Shown in pieces: positions 53,801 to 64,000 of a stretch of 64,000 nt of DNA (positions are counted from its first letter, which is position 1; each line of letters starts with the position of its first letter). The position numbers and the translations under genes were made by a program. Origin of the DNA: Chrysomallon squamiferum (Eukaryota; Animalia; Mollusca); assembly GCA_012295275.1 (NCBI GenBank), contig CM022668.1, positions 2,108,001-2,172,000 of the forward strand, read 5' to 3'. The notes beneath the pieces are model-generated. The model did not search any database and was not told the DNA's origin. It saw nothing but the letters and a program-made list of their open reading frames with translations.

Positions 53801-54230
53801 ATCCGATGTCGTACAATCCGATAATTTTGTTTTGTAATTTTTTCTTCCTCACTTTAACACATTATATTTAGCTTTATCCAAATCTCACTTACTGACTGAA
53901 CCAAAACAACTGATTATTTTGGCCTTAAGAATTTTCAGGGAATTGACATAATGCTTGATCAGTAAGTTTAGTGTCTGAGCTGCCCAGTTTTGGTCGTTTC
54001 GGTTCAAATCAAAAGTCACATATTGATTTTAAGTCCGGTTTTATAAAATAATTTAATTATTTTAGTTTTCTTTGAAGGACTTGAGAGAGAGTAGATTTGG
54101 CGAGATATGATGTATGCACTGCAGAACGCCATACATCAGCTTTACTAAACTTGGTAGAAGGTTTGTTTTCTTGCTTTTTGATTTTTGGCATTCTGTTTTG
54201 CCATGTTTTCAAAGGTGAACATATATACAC
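50880..54230 (-). mobile_element. Degenerate Penelope-like retroelement (RT + C-terminal GIY-YIG) with upstream SGNH-esterase-like ORF
   Basis: RT-region motifs: LLNRGLNFVPTP (~52890-52930), KLADKGSATVIL, FYFLPKIHK, PPGRPIISDCGS, YLRYLDD (~51865-51885), FLDVTIYKG..KPTDTHQLLH. GIY-YIG: CDSKNVVYFIRCNLCKKQYFGQT. There are many stops and frameshifts, and the ends are approximate. Confidence 0.9.
53070..53510 (-). pseudogene. SGNH/GDSL hydrolase-like ORF remnant of the Penelope-like element
   Basis: One frame reads TIVGSSNL..VEC*PGANF..NIILNIGINC..QDLIC*TEGTANRI, i.e. SGNH blocks I, II, III and V in order, with four in-frame stops. Confidence 0.7.
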
Positions 54231-54274
54231 ACAAAAGAAGGAACAAAAATATATATACAGCAAATCAAAATTAC

Positions 54275-57200
54275 AAATAGATAACCACACACAACAAAAG
54301 TACAAGTAGATAACCACACACAACAAAAGTACAAGTAGATAACCACACACAACAAAATTACAAGTAGATAACCACACACAACAAAATTACAAGTAGATAA
54401 CCACACACAACAAAAGTACAAGTAGATAACCACACACAACAAAATTATAAGTAGATAACCACACACAACAAAATTACAAGTAGATAAACACACACAACAA
54501 AAGTACAAGTAGAAAAGTATACACAAGTAGATAAAAAGTACAAGTAGATAAGATAATACACACAACAAAAGTACAAGTAGATAACCACACACAACAAAAG
54601 TACAAGTAGATAAGTATACACAACAAAAGTACAAGTAGATAACCACACACAACAAAAGTACAAGTAGATAACCACACACAACAAAAGTACAAGTAGATAA
54701 CCACACACAACAAAAGTACAAGTAGATAACCACACACAACAAAAGTACAAGTAGATAACCACACACAACAAAAGTACAAGTAGATAACCACACACAACAA
54801 AAGTACAAGTAGATAACCACACACAACAAAATTACAAGTAGATAACCACACACAACAAAAGTACAAGTAGATAACCACCACACACAACAAAAGTAGATAA
54901 CCACACACAACAAAAGTACAAGTAGATAACCACACACAACAAAAGTACAAGTAGATAACCACACACAACAAAATTACAAGTAGATAACTATACACAACAA
55001 AAGTACAAGTAGAAAACTATACACAACAAAAGTACAAGTAGATAAGTATACACAACAAAAGTACAAGTAGATAACCACACACAACAAAAGTACAAGTAGA
55101 TAAGTATACACAACAAAAGTACAAGTAGAAAAGTATACACAACAAAAGTACAAGTAGATAACCACACACAACAAAAGTACAAGTAGATAACCACACACAA
55201 CAAAAGTACAAGTAGATAACCACACACAACAAAAGTACAAGTAGATAACCACACACAACAAAAGTACAAGTAGATAACCACACACAACAAAAGTACAAGT
55301 AGATAACCACACACAACAAAAGTACAAGTAGATAACCACACACAACAAAATTAGAAATGGATAACCACACACAACAAAAGTACAAGTAGATAACCACACA
55401 CAACAAAAGTACAAGTAGATAACCACACACAACAAAAGTACAAGTAGATAACCACACACAACAAAAGTACAAGTAGATAACCACACACAACAAAAGTACA
55501 AGTAGATAACACACACAACAAAAGTACAAGTAGATAACCACACACACACAACAAAAGTACAAGTAGATAACACACACACAAAAAAAAGTAGATAACCACA
55601 CACAACAAAAGTAGATAACCACACACAACAAAAGTACAAGTAGATAACCACACACAACAAAAAGAAAAGTATACACAACAAAAAGTACAAGTAGATAACC
55701 ACACACAACAAAAGTACAAGTAGATAAGTACACACAACAAAAAGTACAAGTAGATAACCACACACACAAAAAAAAGTACATAAGTAGAAACAAAAGTATA
55801 CACACAAAAAAAGTACAAGTAGATAACCACACACAACAAAAGTACAAGTAGATAACCACACACAACAAAAGTACAAGTAGATAACCACACACAACAAAAG
55901 TACAAGTAGATAACCACACACAACAAAAGTACAAGTAGATAACCACACACAACAAAAAAGTAGATAACCACACACAAAAAGTACAAGTGATAACCACACA
56001 CAACAAAACAACAAAACAAGTAGATAACCACACACAACAAAAGTACAAGTAGATAACCACACACAACAAAAGTACAAGTAGATAACCACACACAACAAAA
56101 GTACAAGTAGATAACCACACACAACAAAAGTACAAGTAGATAACCACACACAACAAAAACAAAAGTACAAGTAGATAACCACACACAACAAAAGTACAAG
56201 TAGATAACCACACACAACAAAAGTACAAGTAGATAACCACACACAAACAAAGTACAAGTAGATAACCAACACAACAAACAAGATAAAAAGTACAAGTAGA
56301 TAGATAACCACACACAACAAAAGTACAAGTAGATAACCACACACAACAAAAGTACAAGTAGATAACACACAACAAAACAAAAGATAACCACACACAACAA
56401 AAGTAGATAACCACACACAACAAAAGTACAAGTAGATAACTACACACAAAACAAAAAGTACAAGTAGAAAACTACACACAACAAAAGTACAAGTAGATAA
56501 GTATACACAACAAAAGTACAAGTAGATAAGTATACACACAAAAAAGTAGATAACCACACAACAAAAAGTACAAAAGTAGATAAGTACACACAAAAAAAGA
56601 TAACCACACACAACAAAAGTACAGATAACCACACACAACAAAAAGTACAAGTAGATAACACACACACAACAAAAAAAACCACACAAAAAAGTACAAGTAG
56701 ATAACCACACACAACAAAAGTACAAGTAGAGTAAACACACAACAAAAAGTACAAGTAGATAACCACACACAACAAAAAAGTACAAGTAGATAACCACACA
56801 CAAACAAAAGTACAAGTAGATAACCACACAACAAACAACAAAACCACACACAAGTACAAGATAACCACACACAACAAAAGTACAAGTAGATAAGTACACA
56901 CAACAAAAGTACAAGTAGATAACCACACACAACAAAAGTACAAGTAGATAACCACACACAACAAAAGTACAAGTAGATAACCACACACAACAAAAGTACA
57001 AGTAGATAAGTATACACAACAAAAGTACAAGTAGATAACCACACACAACAAAAGTACAAGTAGATAACCACACAACAACAAAAGTACACAACAAAAGAGT
57101 ACAAGTAGATACACACAACAAAAAAAAGTACAACAAAAGTAGATAACCACACACAACAAAAGTACAAGTAGATAACCACACACAACAAAAGTACAAGTAG

Positions 57201-57550
57201 ATAACCACACACAACAAAAGTACAAGTAGATAACCACACACAACAAAAGTACAAGTAGATAACCACACACAACAAAAGTACAAGTAGATAACCACACACA
57301 ACAAAAGATACACCAGATAACCACACACAACAAAAGTACAAGTAGATAACCACACACAACAAAAGTACAAGTAGATAACCACACACAACAAAAGTACAAG
57401 TAGATAACCACACACAACAAAAGTACAAGTAGATAAGTATACACAACAAAAGTACAAGTAGATAAGTATACACAACAAACGTACAAGTAGATAACCACAC
57501 ACAACAAAAGTACAAGTAGATAAGTATACACAAGAAAAGTACAAGTAGAT
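54275..57550. repeat. 29-bp satellite, >100 copies, in intron 1 of copy 3
   Basis: Unit agtagataaccacacacaacaaaagtaca; source of the long WLSTCTFVVCGY ORFs in all minus frames. Confidence 0.98.
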
Positions 57551-57611
57551 AATTATGTACTTACAAAAAAGAAAGAATGTTTACACTGTCTGGCTGGCAT
57601 TATCTCTGCAT

Positions 57612-57739
57612 GAATGTATGTTTGTATGTATGTCTGTCAGTACATATGTATGTTTGTATGTATGTCTGTCAGTACATATGTATGTTTGTATGTATGTCTG
57701 TCAGTACATATGTATGTTTGTATGTATGTCTGTCAGTAC

Positions 57740-57770
<31 letters not shown>

Positions 57771-58106
57771 TGTATGTATGTATGTATGTATGTATGTATG
57801 TATGTATTATATATGTATGCATGTGTGTATGTATGTATGTATGCATGTATGTATGCATGTGTGTATGTATGTTATTATATATGCGTGTATGTATGTATGT
57901 ATATATGTATGCATGTGTGTATGTATGTTATGTATGCGTGTATGTATGTATGTATGCATGTATGTATGCATGTGTGTATGTATGTTATTATATATGCGTG
58001 TATGTATGTATGTATAAATGTATGGGTGTATGTATGTATGCGTCAATGTATGTGTCTGTATGTATGTGTGTATGTGTGTGTGTGTATGTGTGTATGTGTG
58101 TGTGTA

Positions 58107-58137
<31 letters not shown>

Positions 58138-58290
58138 GTGTGTGTATGTGTATATGTATGTGTGTATGTGTATGTGTGTATGTATGTATGTATGCGTCAG
58201 TGTATGTATGTGTGTATGTGTGTGTATGTATGTGTGTATGTATGTGTGTATGTGTGTATGTATGTGTGTATGTATATATATGTATGTACG
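57612..58290. repeat. 32-bp repeat x4 followed by (TATG)n/(TG)n microsatellite
   Basis: gtatgtttgtatgtatgtctgtcagtacatat is repeated, then TATG/TG runs follow, as in intron 1 of copy 2 (37740-38010). Confidence 0.9.
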
Positions 58291-58488
58291 TGTTTCTGTC
58301 TAAACATGTATATCTAATATATGTGTTTGTCTGATGCAATATATATGCGCATTGTTTCGTCTTTCAGTAGGAAAAAATAAGTATTGTGGCCTACATTTGA
58401 TGTTTGCTTACGAGAACTGATGCGTAACGAGAAATGAAATTATAAAAATGATTTATTCTACAAAATAATTAATTAACAGGTAACTTAC

Positions 58489-58613
58489 CTTTCTGCAGGT
58501 TCGAGTCTTCACGTCTCCAGATTTAGCGACACGACGTAACAAACTACGCAAAGCGATATCGAAAGAAAGATTTTGAATTTCCAAGAAAAATGGGTGGATT
58601 ATAATCACGTGAC
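58489..58613 (-). promoter_or_regulatory. Promoter / non-coding exon 1 of copy 3
   Basis: Minus-strand donor at 58489 and ATCACGTGAC at 58604-58613; homologous to 38195-38320. Confidence 0.65.
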
Positions 58614-59513
58614 AGGATGTGTAGATCTAGGACTTGTTGACCCTGTCGAGTTTTATCTATTTATTTCAGTGAGGCTGTTTATCTCTGATTAGTGTGACAG
58701 GTTCTAATATTACTGAGAAACTCAGCCAAGTAGTTGTTTATGAATAATGAGTAGTTGTTGGTAAAAAGTAAATAAATTTTGTTTACAGAATATATTTATC
58801 TACAATTACTCTACATTATAATTTAAAATTTAAACCGTAAAATGATGATGATAATATTAACAATAATATTATTAAAATTAAGTATGATGATGGTGATGCT
58901 GATAATAACAGTAGTAAAAATGATGATAATATGTATGAATGTATGTACGTGTTTCTATCAATCTATACATGTATATCTAAAGTATGTATTTGATATATAT
59001 AATGAATAATGTGACCTACATTTGATTGTTGCCTTGCTGCAGGTTCGAGTCTTCACGTCTCCAGATTTAGCAACACAACGTAACAAGTGTGTGTGTGTGT
59101 GTGTTTATATGTACTCATGTATAACTATGTCTACACATGTATGTATGTGCATATGTGTATGTGTATATCTGTGTATCTAATGTGAGATGTACTCAAATAT
59201 GGTAATATTTTTACTTCTGATCAAAAACTAAATATCATGAAGTGAATTTAACAGCTAAAAGAGTAAAAACCTGTACTTACACACACAGGCTGATATTGAC
59301 TGTTATTTTTAATTTAGTAACAACAGCTTCTCTATAATAATTCTTTACATAAACACGACATCACATACCATGCATTTTGACAAACCAGTCAAAATATAAA
59401 AACTAGTGTACAGCAGTATTCTGCACTACAGTGACAAAAATCAGTCAACACTAATAAAATATTAAAAATATTTATTAAACAACACACAGGTCAAATGACC
59501 TTTTTCTTCTGTT

Positions 59514-62500
59514 TCAAATTTTCTGACTTTGTGAATTTTCTATTTCTTTGTGATTGTCTGACTCGGAGTTTTCGTAAACGTGTAAATGAGAATCTTCTCT
59601 TTCTCTCTGTTCTTTATTCACACTTTTTTCAACACTGTCCAAATCATCGAGTTCTGTCTCAAACATGTTGTAATTTATCTCTTTCTGTGTCACTTCTGCG
59701 AATATGGCTTCAAAGCGTTTCCCTCCTTCACTGAGGTATTTGATGTTGACATTTTCAAACCCGTAGTGGTCCAGACACAACATGTAATTCAAGGGGTCAG
59801 TGAGAGGGGCTGGGAGCAAACCAAGCTTATTGATTTCTTTAATGCGATTGACATTGATTGTCGTCACCATGACAGCACCAGGCTTCATCACTCTATACAG
59901 CTCACGCAATGCTTCGCGCATGCTGGGCCAAAAATAGTAACAGTTGCAGTGAAAGACGACATCAAACGTGTCTGTGTTGAAAGGTAAACTGTCCACTGTT
60001 CCCAGGTACAGAGTTATCTTCCCTTCACTTATCTGTTTCTCTAGTCTCTTTGTTGCCATGGAGAACATGTACTCTGATGGATCGACTCCGTATACCTTTC
60101 CAGAACCATCTAGAAATAAAACATCAACAAAGTTACCTATGTAAATTAATTTCAAAAAGTAAATGTAGTTGATTCGTTTATTTTTAACCGTCATTTTAAG
60201 CTTAAAGGATTATTACTATATTATAATTACTGTTGTTGTTGTGGTTATTATTCTTTCTTTCTTTATTTATTTATTTATTTATTTATTTATTTGAGACACA
60301 ATCTCCATTTTAAATGTAAACACACTAAATTTTTGAAAAGAAACAGAGAGAAAGAAAAAATAAATGTGACAGAATGAAAAAAAGAGTCAAGCGTCAAAAA
60401 GTTGGGCAGACAGCAAAATACAAACTGACATAAAATATGGACGCACAGTTAAATACAAACAGAGAGACAAATTATGGATACACAGTTATATACAAACTCA
60501 CAGACAAAAACAGATTCAGATAATTACAAACTGACAGGCAGTAAAATAAACTGATAGACAGTTACATACAAACTGAAAGATTAAAAAGGAATGGACAGTT
60601 AAGCTGACATCTAAACAAACAGAAGAAGAGTTAAACACAAACTTTTTACATGTTGGTATGCTGCCTCTAAACCAATTCCAACTCCAAAGCCGACCTCCAG
60701 AACTTTGTGGTGTGGTTTGATGTCACACAGCCGAACAGCGTTCTCTTCCAGGAAAGTGTTTCTCTTCCTGAACACTCTCTAAAACATTTATTTCAAAAAC
60801 AAGTTAACCAAACACTCTCTAAAAACATTTATTTCAAAAACAAATTAACCAAACCTTCTCTAAAAACATTTATTTCAAAAACAAATTAACCAAACCTTCC
60901 CTAAAAACATTTATTTCAAAACTAAATAAACCAAACCTTCCCTAAAAAATTATTTCAAAAACAAATTAACCAAACCGTCCCTAAAAACATTTATTTCAAA
61001 AACAAATTAACCAAACTAAAAAAATTATTTCAAAACTAAATAAAATTTATTTCAAAACTAAATTAAAAAAAAAAATTTATTTCCAAAAACAAAAACCAAA
61101 CCTTCCCTAAAAAATTTATTTCAAAAACAAATTAACCAAACCTTCCCTAAAAAAACATTTATTTCAAAAACAAATTTGTTACCAAACCGTCCCTAAAAAA
61201 ATTTATTTCAAAAACAAATTAACCAAACCTTCCCTAAAAAATTATTTCAAAACTAAATAAACCAAACCTTCTCTAAAAACATTTATTTCAAAACTAAATT
61301 AACCAAACCGTCCCTAAAAACATTTATTTCAAAAACAAATTAACCAAACCTTCTCTAAAAAATTATTTCAAAACTAAATTAACCAAACTTGCTCTAAAAA
61401 CATTTATTTCAAAACCAAATTAACCAAACCGTCCCTAAAAACATTTATTTCAAAAACAAATTAACCAATCCTTCCCTAAAAAATGATTTCAAAAACAAAT
61501 TAACCAAACTTGCTCTAGAAGAAACATGAGTTGTACACTCCTAGAGCTAACATGTTCACTGAGTTGTCAACACATTACTGACTAAATGTATTCTGTGTAA
61601 GATATTATCTGCGAATCTTTAATTTTGTTATAGCAAACCAATCTTGGCTGATAATAAAGTAATGATTGCAAATAACAAAAGAAACACAAAAAAACAATAT
61701 GAACTTTGACTTCTTCTCTTCTTTCTCACACTATAGTTAAATGTGTTTGAAATATAAAACGAAGAATGTTCAGACAAACAGTGGCAATTTGTTTTTTTTA
61801 ATTCATTCAATAATGAGTTGATTGTTGTTAAAAACTGCTAAATGTATCAATCTGTTGAGGTATTTCTAGATTTCAGTTAAAAGATGGGGAGTCAAACTTA
61901 TTATTTTTATACTGTGTTAAAGTTGACCAATATAAAGAAACACAATTCTCAAATGGATGTCCATAAATTTATTTATGACAGAAAATTAATAATTAAAAAC
62001 ATCTGGAAGTAATTAGTTATTAGTTATTATTTTTTAAATTTAAAATGTTAAATAATCAATTCACCTGGTGTCATGACATTTTCTCATACTACATTTAATT
62101 TTTACATTTAATATATATTTATCTTTAATCATTAATTATTATAACCAAGTAAATTTTGAAATAGTATAATGACATTATGTTATTTTCTAAGTTTCTGTCA
62201 AACACAAAAAGCCTGTTAATTTTGTTTTTAATTTTATATCATAAGGAATAAATAATAAATATAACATTCTCCTAATGTGCAACGTGTAAAAAAATAAAAG
62301 TGTGAAAATCATAATAAAATAGAAAGAAAATTTAATTTTGACTTCAGAATGAAAGAATCTTTTTTAATTAAGATATACAAGACCAAAACTGTAATAGTAA
62401 AAACATACAAATATTGAAAGACACCTAGACCATTGAGAATTGATTCTGTAACCAGTCACATCTCACACTATCACTGTCACTACTCCCATATCAACTATCA

Positions 62501-62797
62501 CTGTCACTACTCCCATATCAACTATCAATGTCACTACTCACATCTCAAATACCACTGTCACTACTCACATGTTAGTCACATCTCACACTATCACTGTCAC
62601 TACTGACATGTTCACTACAACAAAAAGAAAAGTATTAAACTTACTGAAATGTACATTCCAAACAGCCCTTTCTGTGGCATCTTCATGTTCATCGCAACCT
62701 GTCTGCGAAACCACGCCCGAACCCATGATGCCGTTTTCTGAACAAAGAAAAACAGAAAAATAAGAACAACTGCACGGAGAATGAGAAGAGTGTACAC
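59514..62797 (-). CDS. Class I SAM-dependent methyltransferase (Methyltransf_11-like) with hydrophobic N-terminus
   Basis: Three phase-compatible exons. ~62797-62645 encodes ..KTASWVRAWFRRQVAMNMKMPQKGLFGMYIS. 60778-60643 encodes RVFRKRNTFLEENAVRLCDIKPHHKVLEVGFGVGIG (motif I). 60109-59514 encodes KVYGVDPSEYM, SLPFNTDTFDVVFHCNCYYFW and ALRELYRVMKPG. The start codon is unresolved (GTG at 62797). Confidence 0.85.
60772..61518. repeat. 41-bp minisatellite, ~18 copies, amplified from the methyltransferase splice acceptor
   Basis: Unit aaaaacatttatttcaaaaacaaattaaccaaaccttccct. On the coding strand most units end in ..aatgtttttAG, like the real acceptor at 60779-60780. Confidence 0.93.
62455..62605. 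repeat. ~27-bp tandem repeat in methyltransferase intron
   Basis: actatcactgtcactactc(c/a)cat is repeated about 5 times. Confidence 0.8.
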
Positions 62798-63276
62798 TGA
62801 GGCTAATAGACTCAGATCTGTTACAGCTTTTCTAGTTTTAAGTTAAACAGATTATGTTTGAACAAGGAAAACTTTTCTATGCTGGGTACTCTACTGTCAA
62901 ATATATCTGTAACAGTCACATTTACATCTGAAACAGTCAGTTATATTGTCAAGTTTGTGTGTAACACAGTCTGTCGTCAAGCATGTAACAGTCTGTTGTC
63001 AATAACATGTATAGCACTGTCAGTCTGTTGTCAAGTATGTCTGTAACACTGTCAGTCTGGTATGTAATGTTTTAGCAAAATAATCAAACAAAATATAAAA
63101 CTGAGTGTAAGCAAGGAAGTTGAAATATTCTCTTCTTTATAACCATCACCACACCTACAAGTTAACATTTTATATCCTCAAACATTTCCTTGTCACAACT
63201 CACACACTGAAACATTTTAAGAATTTCTAGCTGACTTTCACCAGTGAAATTCATTATCCATGTTATTTGTGAATAG

Positions 63277-63319
<43 letters not shown>

Positions 63320-64000
63320 TTAATAGTAATAGTAATAATATATTAATATTAATAATAATAAATAAGGAATTTATTTTAGGTGTCACTTCAGAAAGGTAAA
63401 TTTTAATATTTATGTCTGACATTTTTGTGTTTTTGTTTGCAGTGACTCACATGGTACAACAAACTAAATTATTATTATCCTCCAGTTTTAAATTTTATAT
63501 TGTTTATTACTTCTACAAAGAAAAATAAGTCAATAATTTATGACAGCAACAAATTGGCAATATTCATGATTTTTCATAATACTTGTAACTTTTTGTTGCA
63601 CAATTTTATTTGTAAATTTTACAGGGAGGTGTAGAAATTGTTTAAAACTTCTCTTATATTTTTTTTATTTTTTTATTATTTTATTTTATTTTATTTTATT
63701 TTATTTTATTTTATTTTATTTTATTTTATTTTTATTTTATTTTATTTTAATTATTTTTCACTTTTTGTTGTTGGGGTTTTTTTTGTGTTTTTTTTTTCCA
63801 CTGCATTAAATGAACAGTGTAAATGAACAGTAATATACAAAATTATCTGCTTACTGTTTTGTGTTCTTAAATAACGTAATATTTATATTTTTATGATTTC
63901 TGTTTCTTTTAGTTTTTTTTGTTTTTTTTCAATGTGATGTTGACAGTTCAGTATTCGAGACCCCACGAACTGCTTTTATAGAGGGTTAATGAAATGTCAC

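Noticed and set aside
53940-54010. Hammerhead ribozyme or pseudo-LTR of the Penelope-like element
   Set aside because: CTGATCA and GAAAC occur on the minus strand, but I could not build the stems or find a repeated terminus by eye.
54209-57544. 856-aa and other long Cys/Val/Leu-rich ORFs
   Set aside because: They are translations of a 29-bp satellite that is nearly stop-free on the minus strand in every frame.
59514-60194. Bacterial contamination or recent horizontal transfer of the methyltransferase
   Set aside because: The gene has phase-compatible spliceosomal introns and is embedded in host-type repeats.

Overview
This window is eukaryotic genomic DNA: AT-rich, with GT-AG introns and dense microsatellites. 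The repeat landscape suggests an invertebrate, possibly a mollusc or cephalopod, but that is inference only. The window is dominated by a cluster of three paralogues of a ~15-exon gene encoding a ~900 aa protein with an N-terminal DUF4470-type (SAM/Rossmann-like) region and a C-terminal zf-MYND finger. Copy 1 (+, ~12.9-21.4 kb) has two nonsense lesions as assembled. Copy 2 (-, 28.3-38.3 kb) splices by hand into an open 903-codon CDS. Copy 3 (-, 43.1-58.6 kb) is a pseudogene: a LINE fragment replaces its middle exons, and intron 1 holds a Penelope-like element plus a satellite. A class I SAM-dependent methyltransferase gene (-, 59.5-62.8 kb) lies just upstream of copy 3, and two broken copies of it sit at the centre of the large inverted duplication between copies 1 and 2. 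The paralogues are near-identical except for short, mosaic, amino-acid-changing patches. Several minisatellites grew out of functional sites (core promoter, splice acceptor, stop codon). The first 12 kb is mostly non-coding, with one probable first coding exon. Some stretches look like noisy consensus, so single-base lesions need read-level confirmation. Exon coordinates were traced by eye and family names come from motif recognition, not database searches.
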